The notes beneath the pieces are model-generated. The model had not been told where the DNA came from. It did not search any database and saw only the letters and a list, made by a program, of their open reading frames with translations. 64,000 bases of DNA from assembly GCF_009914755.1 (NCBI RefSeq), contig NC_060933.1; one strand, written 5' to 3'. Shown here in pieces: positions 27,121-42,120 of this stretch (the first letter of the stretch is position 1; every line of letters starts with the position of its first letter). The position numbers and the translations under genes were made by a program. The DNA is from the human T2T-CHM13v2.0 reference genome, Homo sapiens.

Positions 27121-30100
27121 AAGAAGGGACTAGTTAGCATCTTGCTCACACCCTCACAGGTAGGCTCTACCCCACCACAACCCTGTCTCCTTCCCTAGGC
27201 AAAAATCCACAAAATGATTGACTCACTTCACTCAAGTTCATGAGCAGGCACGGTATGGATGAAAAACTCTCCAAGGGCTCTGAAAATGACTCTCTTTCAT
27301 TCCCTTTACGCTAATTAGGAAGCAAATTCTTGTATTGAAATTAGAGCATTCTAGTAAAACCAAGCCAAACTCTTGGTCAATTTGTTGATTATGGAAAATG
27401 GATTTTTTCCTGGCAATTTTCCCTTTTGTTTCCACTGCTTTTCCTTATCCAAGAGATAGACCTAGATGCCAAATTATTTCTTTTTCTCCAAATTATATCT
27501 CCTTGGATAACCTCTCTGATGGGTATGGAACCACCACAGTGGTTATTCATAGTTGGTCTTTGCACCAAAGAAACCAACCAGAGGAAAACAAATAAAAGCA
27601 TGACTGGAGGAAATGAATGACTGGCTCACTGGATTTGTGAAATAACTTTAGTGAAATTATATGACATGTACCCCTGACAGGAATGGACCTAACCCAGCCC
27701 TTGTGTGAGGGGAATGTTTATCTGGTTGGCTACCTCCAGGCCCCAGAGTAACGAAGGCAAGGCTTAAATCTCCCAGACCAGATGTCTCTCTAGCCCCATG
27801 CCTATAAAGGTCTTCTAATTCAGGGTTCTACAGCAGATAACAAAGGGATTAGTTGAATATGATTGAATCTTCACCCTGGAATGAGAACTACATAAGGCTT
27901 AATTCATAGTTGGCTTGGGCATACTTATATATATTACACCATAAATAACATATTGAGTGCTGATGTAAGCTTCCAGTTTTTACCCTAAGGGACAAACAAT
28001 AATATTTTGCCAGTGTAGCTAGCATAAGTTTATTCACACTGGTATGTTTATTTACTCATTCATTAATTTAATAAACATTTGTTTAGCAACCCCTGTGCCA
28101 GCTATTAAGCTAGAAAGCACTAGGGTAGCCTCAAGAAGCTCACAATCCATTGTGGGAAGGGGCAGCAGGGATAGCACATATGCCTACAATAAATAGTCCA
28201 GGCACTGTATTAGGCCATGGGGAATGGCAGTGGCAAGACAGACAAGGTCCCTGCTCATGTAGACTTACAGAAAATAATAATAAAACATACACATATGATT
28301 AGAATATGATTATTTCAGAAAGTGGTGTTATACAGAGAAGAGAGGATAATTGGATAGAGAATGAATAGAGTAGAGGGTTGAGGTATTTTAGAAAGTGTGG
28401 TTAGGACAAGGGTGCCATGATGAGAAGAAAAGCATGCCTGGAAAAAGAAACTCAAATGCAAACAGAGTTGAAGTGGAAAATATCAAAAAGAGGGGGAAAA
28501 AGAGAGACATAAGGCCAGTGTGGATAGATCTTAGCAAATAAAGGAATTAGTGAAGTGAAATGAGGTCCAAGAGAGAGGCAGGGGCCCAGATCACCAGGGC
28601 TTTGCAGGTCATGATTAAGGAGTTTCGTTTTTATCTCAGGTGCATTTGGAAGCTATTGGAGGGGTTTACACAAAGGTTTGATATGACTTAATTTATGATT
28701 TAATCCAAATGTATGCATGGTAGAGAATGAACAAGAGGGACTCAGGCTGAAGCAGGGAGACAGTTAAGAGGTCCTTGCAGGTGAGAGAGGATGGAGATTA
28801 CGACTGACATTGTAGCAGTGGGAGATACTGAATAATGGTTAGATTTGAGATATATTTGGAGTAAAGAGTAAGAGAATTGGAGCACCCAAAGATGGCTCCT
28901 AAGTTTGGGACTAAACTACCAGTGCATGGTGTTGCCATTAAATTACATAGGCAAGTCTGGGGAAGAAAAGAGATTATAAATCAAGAGTGCTTTTAGGAAC
29001 ATTTTAAGTTTGAAATGGTAATTAAATATCCAGGTCTGAAGCTCAGAAGAGAGGTCCACACTGGAGACACAGATGTAAGAGTTATCACACATACTTGGCA
29101 TTCACCCATATTGTGGATGATACTGCTCAGGAATAGATTTTGATATGGAAGGGGGATGACGATTCCAACATCCAGACTGGAAGCACCGGAGAAGAAGAAA
29201 CCAAAAAGCATCAGCCAGCTGTAGGAAGAAATAAAAAAAAAAAAGAAAGACTGATGTCACAGAAGCAAAGAGGAAAGTATTTGAAAAAAGGAGAGAAATG
29301 CTCATTTTTCCCAAAGGCTGCAGAGAATTTAAGGAAAATTACAACAGACAATCACTGGATTTGGCAGGTAGAGTTCACTGGCAATCTCAATCATGGCCAT
29401 TTTAGTGGAGCTATGTATAGGATACTATGAAAACACAAAGAAGAAATCATGTGGAAAATGTACTTTGAGGGAACTAATATAGAATTTGAAGGTAAAAGAT
29501 TGAAAGTGTAGTAGTCAGGCAAAGACAAGTGTGGGAGAAGAGCATTTCAGCAGAGATTTCAGTTCAATTAAAGGATCAAAGTTAGAGAAATATGATGTAG
29601 GGGGAGCTATAAACAATATGATATTGTTGAAGGATAAAATGCTAAGTTGGAAATGTGGGAAAGTTCTGTTAGAGGGCTATATCATAAAGGATATACTGAA
29701 TGTTATCTGCAAGAAATGAGCCACTGAAAGGTTAAATCAGGGATGTGGCGTTGTCTCATTTATATTTTCAGAAAGGTCACTCTGCAGTATGAGCTATGTC
29801 AGGTAAGGTTGGAGACAAGGAAATCATAGATGCGTTGTTGAAATTTTAAAGATAAAAAATAATGAAGATACAGATGAATAGCTATTTGAGATAGAAAAGA
29901 GAGAACATATCCTAGAAAATATTGAGGAGCTAAAGTTGTCATGTCTTTATTGATTGGCCATGATGCCTCCTAACTTTTAGCCTTCTGTGACTGGGTGAAT
30001 GGCAGTGCCAGGATCTGTGATGGGCAAAACTAGATGAGGAGCCAGCTCAAGTAGAGAATTAGTAAGCTCAGTTTTGTGCCTGTTGACATTAGGGTGTTTG

Positions 30101-30221
30101 TGGGACATGCTAATGAAATTTTCCAGTAGACAGCTGGATATTGATTTGAATTTTTATGAATAGGTGTGAAAAGTTTTCTAGTAGATGACTGGGTATTGAT
30201 TTGAAGTTTTGTGCATAGGAG

Positions 30222-30225
<4 letters not shown>

Positions 30226-30258
<33 letters not shown>
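30226..30258. repeat. (TA)n microsatellite
   Basis: Read directly. Confidence 0.95.
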
Positions 30259-30262
<4 letters not shown>

Positions 30263-30666
30263 TCTGGAATTATTTAAGAATACCCAAGGTATTTGACAAT
30301 TCAGATATTGATAACTTTAACTCTTGCTGGTTTTATTAGCATGGCAGCAATGTCTTGAAGAATGAGTAGAAGGTGAAGAAGCAGAAGTAGTGAGTGTAGA
30401 CTACTCTTGAGATGTTTGAGAGGCTTGAATTTAGAAGAAGAGGAGTGAGATTGGACAGTCACTACAGGGATATGTAAGATTGATGAGATATGCTCATTTC
30501 TTTTAGGATGGGAGAAACTTGAAAATGTTTATTGGCTCAGGAGAAGGAATAAAAGAGTAATTCAGGAGGGAAGTTAGATGATTGAAAAAGTCATGTTCAA
30601 GTGGAGACAGGGATAGAACGTACTCAAGGACTCAGATGAGTGGCTGGCTGTGATCAAAAGGAAGGA

Positions 30667-31123
<457 letters not shown>

Positions 31124-33904
31124 TTAAAAGTAGGCAAGGTTTGGAAGGTCTTAAGCGAGAAATAGAAAAGGGGGATGATCAAGAGTTGGTAAACAGACTG
31201 ATGAACCACACTTTGTTCAATCTGGAGAGAATGAGTTTCTAGAATTGCCAATTTGTATGGTTGCATGCTTTTGTAGAAAGAAGCAGTAAACACTCAGGTG
31301 TAAAAGTGGAAAGAAAATTTAAAAATTAAATAGTAAGCCAAAATTGCATTTATATTAACAGATAAAGTGAAAAGATGGGGCAAAAGCACTGCAGGTACTA
31401 GCAAGAGAGTGGTTTAAAGGCTCATTATGGGGTCCAGATTGGACAGGAAAAGCTGAGAGGCTAGAATATAGCTGACAGACTGGGAATAAATGAAAGATTC
31501 AAGGTACCAAGAAGATTGAAGGACAGTTAAAATGGGAGCAAGATATTGAGGGGCCTGAAAGGTGGTCCATTTGAGAAATCACAAAGGATTAATATTCCAG
31601 AAAAAGAAACATTCAAGGTGATGACAAGGTCTAGGGAATAATAGAAGTGACGGACTAGGTGGGAATGAAGTGAAGTGAAGTGAAGGTGAAGGCCACAAGG
31701 GCTACTGATATTAGATGCAGGATGGCTCATCAACATGGAAATTACAGTCACTCTTATGGCATAGAAGTTTATGCGAGACCAGAATCCATAATGAATGAAG
31801 GGGAGGGACCATGAAGCCAGTAGGGGACAGTGATGAGTGAGGATAGAGATTGTAGGGATAAGAGTTTTCATAAGAAGCTGGATGAACCATATATTTGGGA
31901 GGGGATAGTCAGGTAGAAGAACTAATGCATGATGAGGTTACCATGGGAAGATTTGTTTATAATGAAAGATTCCAGAAGTTTTACTAGGAACATTTGAAAG
32001 ACAGAGGACTAGTAAGATTAGGACCAAGTCTGAGAAGATCTGAGCAGTAAAAGCATGCAAATAGGAGTAAGGAAATATAACTATGGGGCTTTATATTTTG
32101 GGTAACAACCACTGGAAGGAAGTAGGTAGAACGTTCTGGCTACAAAGATTTACAGAGAACATTGGCATAAAGCAGTAGACATTGAACCCATTGTTGTTTG
32201 CATTTTGGCAGCCTATTCTGATGACTGGTAGAGGAATAAACCTTCAGGGTCAATGACTCCACTGGCCTTGGAAGGCTGTAATGCTGGCATAGAGATAGGA
32301 GAAGGTAGCAGGAGGCTTCATGTGTACACAGTGGGTCCTCTTTTCCTGACATAATACCAAATTTCTTCTTTTTTTCCATGTGTTCCTTGGTGTTCTTCTC
32401 TCTTGCCATTCAGCCATGGAATGTCAATCTCTTTATCAATCTTTAAGTCCTCATTCAATGTTCACTTTTGGCACTTTATCAACTGATTTATATGCAGGTT
32501 TTTAACTCACAACATACTCTTAAAATATCTGCTATTTACTCGATAAGACAGGTCTCTCTTGAATCTCTCTTTGAGAAGCTCCACTGCTTTCAATGTATAG
32601 AATAATTTTCTCATTGAGACTCAAAATAAAAGTTGACACCTTCTTCATTCCTCTCATTGGGCAACAGTATTTAAACATGGCCACTTTTCACATAATGCTA
32701 TTTAATTTCCTCCCGTGGCTTCCCAATTCCAAAGTATTATTGTTTTCCCACTTTACACTAACTCTAATTTGGGTTATGTAATAATTGTTGATATTTTTTG
32801 AAAGATTATGTGTTTTTATCTTTAGCTTTTTTCACAGGCATAATTTCCACTGCCTTGGAGTCATTGAAGAGGCTGTGTAAACATGAATAATGTAAGAATG
32901 ACCTGGAAAGCCTGGCAACTCGACACCTTTCTTAATAAAAGGCAAAGTGCAACTTAGAAATTCTAACTGCAGACACATTCCCCTGAACCTTGCTCTCACC
33001 ATGCAGAGCTGGGAGCATAACAGAGGGCAGAAAATGAACTGCCTTTGCTCTAGAATCAAAGGTTGCTTTTGTGTGCCTTGCTCTCAAACATCATTATCTC
33101 TCCTGCCTTGACCTGTCCAAATGCTGGAATTTCCTTGCACAGACCTACCATTGGGACCTACTTGACGTGAACTGTCTCTGTTTACTATTTGAACTTAACC
33201 TGAATAGTATTCATCTAGCCTTGTTGGTTGCTCTGGGCTCAACCTATTGTCCTGCATTTCTAAGAAATGGAGTAGATGGGCTTTGGTTGAAGACCAAACT
33301 GGTCAAAAGGGCTTGAGAGTGAATCTAGAGGAAACAAATCCAGACAAAACTACAAACCCATATGCTGTGATGAACAGTGTGACTCCTAATTGATAACCTT
33401 ACCTCTTAACCTGCCCCTGCCAAACCATTACCTATTTACATAAGCAACAGAATGATATGACCAGATCTGCATAAATTATCCATTTACATATATTTGGTCA
33501 TTCCACACCCTGTTCCAAAAACTAAGGTTTGCTAAGAACCATGGGAAAAAAATTAGAATTCTTCGTAGGACCTTCAAGGCCATTTATGACCAAGCTTTAA
33601 TCTACCATTCTGTTCCCATCTCTTGCCACTTTTAATCCTGTCCTTAGATTCCAGCCTCACTGTAGTGTTCTTCCCCTCAACACCCTCAACACAGAGGGTT
33701 TTTCACATCCCTTTGTCTTGCATATGTAAGTGTCTAGTTGTAAATTGCCTTCTACCATCTTTTGCCTGAAAAACACCACCACAATCTTCAAAGCCCATCA
33801 GGTTCCAAATTAAGCTCTCCTGGAAGTTTTTCCCAAATGTCTACAGCCAAAGATAATGGCTCCATCCTATATGTTCCTTCTACACATGTCTATTTAAGTG
33901 TGGA

Positions 33905-34197
33905 CACATTTTTAGGGCAGGCTGGCAGGCTAGCAAATCTTGGGTAGGAGCTGAAGTTGCAGTCTACAGGTAGAAGTTCTTCAGAGAAGCTTCAGTTTTA
34001 CTCTTAATGCCTTTCAACTGATTGATGAGGCCCACCTAGATTATTGATGATAATCTTCTTTACTTAGAGTCAGTTATCTGAAGATGTTAACAACATCTAT
34101 AAAACACCTTGACAGCCACACCTAGATAAGTGTTTAAATGAATAACTAGGTACTGTATACAGCCTAACCAAGTTGACACATAAAACTAACCATCACA
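33905..34197 (-). mobile_element. MLT2 (C/D-like) ERVL LTR fragment
   Basis: 'cctttcaactgattgatgaggcccac...ccaagttgacacataaaactaaccatcaca'. Confidence 0.85.
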
Positions 34198-34344
34198 GAG
34201 AGATGTAATTACTGTATCCTATTGAAACCAAGTCTTCAAATATTTGGAAGCAGCACTAGCAGAAGGATGTTTCTGTGGGATCATATGGAGCCTGTCATTT
34301 TAAATTTTTTTATTGGTCACATATATTAACTAATAAATAGCTAG

Positions 34345-37300
34345 AAGATGTAAGGATAATCTATGTGTTTGTATTTAAAAACAAATTTTCAAAATATATA
34401 AAGCAAAAATTAACATATGTATATGGACAAATAATTCTGCAATAAAGATTTTAACACTTTACTGTGAGAAACTAATAGAACAACTAGACAAACAAAAAAA
34501 TCAGTAAAGATATCAATGATCTGTACAATATAATCAAATCCCTTAACATAGTTGATGTTTATAAGACACAACACTGAACACCTGGTGAATACATGGTCTT
34601 TTCAATGCTTCATGGTACATTCACAAAAGTGGACCAAATTCGGAGCCAGAAAATTCCTCAACAAATGTAAAAGCATGAATACCATATATTATCTAATAAC
34701 AATGGAATTGAATTAAAAATTATTAAGAACAGATGTTATCAATTGCAGTTCAAGCAATAAGAAATTATATATATAACATACACATGTACCTACACACAAA
34801 CCTATTATTACATACACACACAATCATATTTGTTATAGGGAATTGGCTAATATAATAGTGAGAGTTGGCTAAGTGGTCACAGTAAGGTTATTATCTCTGT
34901 AACCAATGGTGGAACTTCAGGTCCATAAGATCAGGCAGCCAGGAAGGGAGAATCACAAACAGGCTGAAACAGACAAGCATAAGCTGGAACCCCACAAAGA
35001 TGGACTAGAACCTATGACCATTCTTGCTGCCTCTGTCATAGTGATGAAAGAATATTATAGAAGCCAGGATTGTTTATCACTGAACTAAACACACAAACCT
35101 GACCCATGAGTCAGAGAAGCTGAAGGAAGATCCAGGAGATAATAGAACAATTGCAGGTCCAGCTACTGCTTCATACCAATGAAGTCAATCAGTGGATTAG
35201 TAACAGCCTGTGTGAGCTACAAAATAGCTGTTGCTTTCCTTATAGCCTCCTAATTACCCCTAAGAATCTCCCTTGTAGCACGCCATAACCAGGAATGTAC
35301 AAAAAAGGAAATTCTGGGAAATGCAGTTGAGCCAAACCAAGTTGACACATTATAAAGCATTCACACCAGGAAAATTTTAGATATTAAAAAATTCACAACA
35401 CAGCGTTTAATAGTCCATGAATTAAGGAAGAAATCATGGGCAATTTGAAAATAGTTTGAACTAAATATAATATTGAAAATACAACATGAAATTTGTGAAA
35501 TGCAGTTAAAGCAATACTTAGATGGAAATGTATAACTTTAAAAGACGCTAACATTAGAAAAGAAGGAAAGTTTAAATTAGTGATCTCTACAGAAATAATA
35601 AATATTCCAAGAAATTAGAAAGAGGATGAAAATTAGTGAAAGAGGAATAAATTAATAAAGAGAAAAATCGATTATTTAAAGGAGCGTCAAAATTGATAAC
35701 CTCGTAGCTAGATTGATCAGGAAAAAAAAGAGAAAGGACACAAATTACTAACATCAGTAATATAAGAGAATAGCAAAACATATCTGATAGTCATTAAAAA
35801 ATAATAAGAGAATATGTGAACAATTTTATGCCAAAAGATTTTAAAACTTAGATGAAATGGATTGTTTTCTTGAAAAAATTAAACTTACCAAAACTGACAG
35901 TAAATGACACTGAATCTGAATATCCCCAATTTTGTTAAAAAAAAAATTAAGCTATTATCAATATCCTTCCCATAAAATAGATTCTAGGCCCAGATGTTTG
36001 TGCTTGTGAATTGTATCAAACTTTAAAAAGTAACCTTATATTAAAATAAAGAAGAAAATATTTCCCATTAGTCTTATGTGGTGAGTATAGCCCTAAGGCC
36101 AATATCTGACAAATATTACAGAAAAAGTAAATTACCATTAACTATCCCTCATAGGAATTAAGCCAAAAATACTTTTAAAAAATTAGGAAATCTAATCATG
36201 TATATATCTTAAAAAATATACCACAATCAAGTAAAGTTTATCTCAAAAATGAAAGACTAGTTTTATCATTTGGCAATGAAGAATATAATTTACTATATTT
36301 ACAGAATAAAAGAGAAAGTTATCTTTTCCATAATTATTTTAAGAAGCAGTCAAAATGTATTATCCACTTATGATTAAAGAAAAAATCTTGCCTTGAATTA
36401 GGAATAAAAGGAATTTCCTCAGTGTAATAACGGTCACATTAGAAAGCCTACAGCCAACTTTACATTTAATACAAGATGCATTCCCTAAGATCAGGAATAA
36501 TTCAATGATATCTACTCTTATGTGTATTCCACATTGAACAAAAGATATTAGGAAAGTAAATTGTTAAGGAAAATGTTTGCAAAGCAAAAAACTGACAAAA
36601 GATATCCAAAACAAAGAATTCCTACAATTCAATAATAAAAACATAAAGTACCCAATAAAAAATGGGAAAAATAATTTACTATACATTTCACAAAAGAAGT
36701 ACTTGAACAATTGATCAACATCATTAGTCAACTGGGAAATACAAATTGAAACCACAATGAGATACCACTCCATTCACATGAGAATGGTTTCAATTACAAT
36801 GACTGATAATAACAATTATTAGAGAATATACGGAACAAGAGGAACCCTCATACAATGCTTGTGGGAGTATAAAATGGTCTTATAAGTTTCTTATAAAATG
36901 AAATGTCCAAGTACTCAAAGACCCAGCAATTCCAACCTTAGTTATTTACCTAAGACAAAGTAACTTGTACAAAAATGTTTATAGAAGTTTTAGTCATAAT
37001 AGCACAAACTGGAGACCCCAGATACTAATCAATATGAAAATGGATAAACAAATTGATATAGTCATATAATGGCATACTACTAAACAATAATATGGAAAAG
37101 GTTACTGATATGTACATGCATCAATTGGATGAATTTCCAGAACACTCTGCTAACTGAGAGATGCCTTATACAAAGTATGCATGTTGCATAATTCCATTTA
37201 TATAATATTCTAGAACAGGCAAATCTAACGTATACAGAAAAAAAATTAGAACGAGAGTAACTACCTAGAAAGTAGCATGGGTAGCAATTGACTAAAAGCG

Positions 37301-37720
37301 AGGAAAGAGAACTTTCTGGATGATTATGTTCTATATCCTCATAGGGGCTTGGGTTACAACAGATATATGGATTCTCAAAACTCATCAAAAGTAGAGTTAA
37401 GATTTGTGCATTTCAGTGTATGTAAATTTTAGATCCAAAGAAAGTAACTATCAAACAAATATTAAACTCCAGTTAATGATGGGCATGGTGTAGTATTTGG
37501 AGGGAAACAGTCAGATGTCTGCAATTTGCTTCTAAATGCCTTAAAAATAAGGCAAAATGATGGATGTATATAAGGATAAGTAAATAGATAATGTGATAAA
37601 AAACAAGTCTAGTAAAGGTTAATGATAGAATCTAGATGATTAGTATTCTGGTGTTCATGGTAGAATTTTTCGACTTTGCTGTCTGTGAAACTTCGAATAA
37701 TACATGTTAGGAGGAAAAAA
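34345..37720 (+). mobile_element. Old L1M (MC/MD/ME-type) ORF2 fragments and 3' end
   Basis: A-rich sense L1: 'acttagatgaaatgga', 'aaaccacaatgagatacca'-like, 'gacccagcaattcca', 'ataattccattta'. Split by an MLT2 LTR. Confidence 0.85.
34734..35365 (-). mobile_element. MLT2 (E/F-like) LTR nested in L1M
   Basis: 'tatagggaattggct' near one end and 'ccaagttgacaca....attcaca' at the other. Confidence 0.7.
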
Positions 37721-39464
37721 CTAAAAAGATGAGCAAGTAATCAGAAAGTTTTCAGGGTTTGGTCGTTTAGTTGTAGTTGTTCAGAAAGGTAAGAGTTTTA
37801 TTTACTAATTTTTAAATATGGCACTAGCTACTATATTTCTCTACCAATATTTTCTAAGCCAACCTATGATTAAATGATAAAGGAATCCAGAAGAGTTTTC
37901 AGACATTCCTGAGAATTGACTTCTGCTTGGACAAAAGAATTCCTAAGTCTGGCTTTGAGAACCAAATGTTTCTGTTAGCATGGAAGTAGATTAGGTTAAC
38001 TTTTCATATTCTCAAAACCCCAGGGTTTGGAGCAGGTGGAGTGTGACTTTCAGTCTGAAACTGAAAAGTGCCTTCTTTATTCACCAGCCATATCTGGAGG
38101 AATCAGTCACTTGATTGACAGAGCCCCTAATGACCTGGTGCATTTTGTAGCATAATAGTACTGCAGGTGTCTTTTAAAAGGATGTTTCAGATAGGACAGT
38201 GAGCCCCCTTCCTTGGTAAATCATACTTGACCATGCACAAATAAGATCTTTGTTTAGCCTGGGGAGTATACGTAAAAATCTTCCATCTCCACTTGAAGGC
38301 ACAACTATCTCAGATAGTTGTATATTTCTTTTTGACAGTAGACACATTTACACTTTTTCTTTACTTAATATCTTTCTTTTGCCTACAACAAAGTGATAGT
38401 TCTATAGGTCAGTAATTGCACTTTATTCTAAGAGATAAGGCTTGTTTTCCAGCACCTGTCCTGTTGCTTTGCAAATTAAGGGATGGAGTTTCACAGACAT
38501 GGATTCGGGTTGGAGAAAGGCTGTGGCCTCCTGAAAGTAGTGGTGATTGGCCGAGAGAGATCTGAATTGAGCTCTTCTCTCTGTAGAATAAGAACAGAAT
38601 AATTATGAACAGAGTCACATGGTAGACAATAACCAATAAAAGAATGTTGATGGGAAGAAATGTGTGTACTGATGGTAATAATTCTCTACCTTTTCCTGGG
38701 AAATAACATTGAGAAAAGGTTAAAATGCTCTCTTGAGCTCCCAGGAAGATGGCAATTTCCTTCTTCCCACATATCTTCTCCTCCTCCTCCTCCTTCTCCT
38801 TCTCTTCTTTCTTCTCTTTCTCTTCTTTTTCCTCTTATTCTGGTGTTAATAAACTGTAAGGTATTTATATTTCTATTTATATCTAGATGTAAATCTAGAT
38901 ATAGGTATATACCTTACAGATCTTATAGGTATATACCTTACAGATCTTTATATATGTTTTACATATATAAAACATCTTTTCTCTATTTTTAATAGGTAGG
39001 TAAATGTGAATCTTGTTGATTTCCAAATAATGCATCATGAACATAGGAGGTTGAACTGTCACTCTGAACATTACTTGAGTATAGAATTAAGAAGGAATGT
39101 TGCAGAAAGGCAAATGAGTCTGCAAATAGAAGGAAGTAAGATTATGAACAAATTCTCCTTTGTGTTAAATATGTGTTGCCTTGTTTGTTTAGATTCCGTC
39201 TTCTTCCAAAAAATAATCTTACATGCCTTAAAATAAAACATACATGTACCACAATTTTATCAAAATATGAATAAATGAAAATCAAATAGAAGAAAGTAAA
39301 AAATGTATGAAAATACTAGTAACATATAATAAAACATTACAGTTAATCATGCATTTCTTATAAATTAAACCAGAAATATATACAAAATCACAGTGAGTCA
39401 TATTCTCCTTTTCAACAGGATAAACAAAGCGCAGCAATTCTTTAGCAAAACAAGCAAAAAAAAA

Positions 39465-39977
39465 CTATAAATCATGCTGCTATAAAGACACATGCACATG
39501 TATGTTTACTGCGGCACTATTCACAATAGCAAAGACTTGGAACCAACCCAAATGTCCAACAATGATAGACTGGATTAAGAAAATGTGGCACATATACACC
39601 ATGGAATACTATGCAGCCATAAAAAATGATGAGTTCATGTCCTTTGTAGGGACATGGATGAAATTGGAAATCATCATTCTCAGTAAACTATCGCAAGGAC
39701 AAAAAACCAAACACCGCATATTCTCACTCATAGGTGGGAATTGAACAATGAGAACACATGGACACAGGAAGGGGAACATCACACTCTGGGGACTGTTGTG
39801 GGGTGGGGGGAGGGGGGAGGGATAGCTTTAGGAGATATACCTAATGCTAAATGACAAGTTAATGGGTGCAGCACACCAGCATGGCACATGTATACATATG
39901 TAACTAACCTGCACATTTTGCACATGTACCCTAAAACTTAAAGTATAATAATAATAAAATTAAGAAATAAAAAAAAA
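39465..39977 (+). mobile_element. Young L1PA (L1PA2/3-like) 3' end, about 510 bp
   Basis: Near-consensus ORF2 C-terminus (ORF 39502..39744), G-rich 3'UTR tract and A-tail. Has GAG, not the L1HS-Ta ACA. Confidence 0.96.
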
Positions 39978-40524
39978 TCCACCTTTTACCTGTGCTAAAT
40001 TTTTAAAGAAATTTAATATAGTCATACTATGCATGAATATTTATAAAGCTCTTTGGTTTAAAAACTCTCTTTTCCCCATTACTACTCACAAATCTATATT
40101 TGCCTTATTTTACAGAAGGATAGATTGAAGTTAAGAGAAATACGATTTTGTGATTAATAAATTACACAGCAGGAGCCCCAGCCCGCACCTTTTCACTCCA
40201 AATCTTGTGCTCTTTCCATGTTATCACGTCAGGGACATTGGCTATGATAATGGATGCTGTTTTTAACAGTGCATTTATTGAAGATACAGGAATGGAGATA
40301 GTATATAACCTTTCCTGTGTTGACCCTTAGTTAAAAGCTGAGGGTATAGAGGTTAAAGCGAAACTCATTGAGTGACTTGCTGTTTGGGGATAATTTACTG
40401 TGGTCCAGGTATTTTGTTTTCCAGTTATTTAAAGAAAGTTTAAGATTTTAGAAAAACTGAAGGAATTGAGGCAAAATGTGCCCATTAGACTAACAATCCC
40501 ATAATTATTTTCTTGATTGGAAAT

Positions 40525-40900
40525 TGTATCAATTTCCAGTCAGGGTCCCAGCAGTAAACAGATGGCACCACTCAAACTGGGAAATTGAAGTGAGTTTAAT
40601 AAAGGGGCTACTTACAAAGGAGTGGGTAGAGTTAGGGAAATCAACAAGGGCCAGTGCAGGACTTCCAGAGAGGAGAGGAGCTAGTCAAGGAGTAGCACCC
40701 CTACAGGAAGGGAGCTAGAGGAATACTTTCCCTGATGAACTCTCCAGTCTCCTGCTGGCAATCTCATTGACCAAACTGAACAGAAAGTAGAGGATATGGG
40801 AGCCCTTTGATAGTATACATTCCATAGAGGTCAGTGTCTAAGGGCACAGAGCATGGTGCAGAAAAATGGAGAATAGATGTGGAGGCGTACAGCAGCACAA
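40525..40900 (-). mobile_element. LTR33-like ERVL LTR
   Basis: 'cagtcagggtcccagcagtaaacagatggcaccactcaaa...gtttaataaagggg'. Confidence 0.7.
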
Positions 40901-41084
40901 AAATGAATGGAAGTTGGTACAGGAATACATTCTCTGGAAGAAGCAAACAAAGCAGGCATTTGGTAAATCAAAGGCAGACCTATCTGCTCTCAATTACAGC
41001 TGAGATGATTAGTATAGATTAAGCTAAAAAAAAAAGGTTTCTATAGATTAAGCTAAAAAGGTGAAAGAAACTTTTTAAAAACAC

Positions 41085-41300
41085 CAGTTATGTTCCAGGT
41101 ACTATGTGGGTTGCTTTCCAGGCATCAGATCATCTAATTCTTGCAATAATAATAGCAGATATCATTTTTACCATTATACATGTGAAGAATTAAAGCTCAG
41201 ATAGGCCAAGTGATTGAACCTACAAAACGCTACTAAATACCAAATCTGAGATTTGAATCCAGGGTTTTCTGACATGAAAGGCTGGACTTCTTCACCTTTG
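41085..41300 (-). mobile_element. MIR
   Basis: 'tatgttccaggtactatg...gagatttgaatccagg'. Confidence 0.65.
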
Positions 41301-41841
41301 CAGTTTTCCTGCCAACTTTATTTATATGTGACCAGAAGAATGCCATAACACATTTGCACTGAAGTAGAAGCTTAATGTTTCTGAAGATGCAGTTTTGGAT
41401 TACTCAGATGTACAAACAAGTGATCAATCAAAGCTAAAAATTACCACTCAAGGGAATATGGAAGAGAGTACTCAAGTTTGGAAACTTCAAAGACAATAAC
41501 TATCATATGCCTTGCCCATAATGATAGCTACCATTTACTGAATATTTAAGAAATAGACTGTTTGCTTTCTGTGCACACAATTCATCCTCATATCAACCTG
41601 ATGAAGATGAGACTGGAAAGTGAAACACAGAAGGAGAGCTAATAAGGTAAAAAGGATGGGCACAGAAGCTAGAATTTTGGAAATAAACTTTGTTTCCACA
41701 ATTATAAAACAAAGTAAAATTTTAAAATGAAAAATACATTTCCCAAAAACAGAAGGACAATTTTTTAAAAACTTACTTGGTATCGATTTGTTGATAAAAC
41801 CTAAAGAAAGGAATATTTTCAAGTGATTTTAAAACAGAGTT

Positions 41842-42120
41842 GGCCGGGAGCGGTGGCTCATGCCTGTAATCCCAGCACTTTGGGAGGCCGAGGCGGGCGG
41901 ATCACGAGGTCAGGAGATCGAGACCGTCCTGGCTAACACGGTGAAACTCCGTCTCTACTATAAAATACAAAAAAAAATTAGCGGGGCGTGGTGGCGGGCG
42001 CCTGTAGTCCCAGTTGAGGCAGGAGAAACCCGGGAGGCAGAGCTTGCAGTGAGCCGAGATCGCGCCACTCCAGCCTGGGAGACAGAGCGAGACTCCGTCT
42101 CAAAAAAAAAAAAAAAAAAA
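41842..42120 (+). mobile_element. AluY with three right-arm deletions
   Basis: CpG-rich with Y-diagnostic 'ggatcacgaggtcaggagatcgagacc' and 'gagcttgcagtgagcc'. tttt|aaaa target site. TSD aaaa(c)cagagtt. Confidence 0.97.

Noticed and set aside
39800-39822. G-quadruplex-forming G-tract
   Set aside because: Standard feature of the L1PA 3'UTR.
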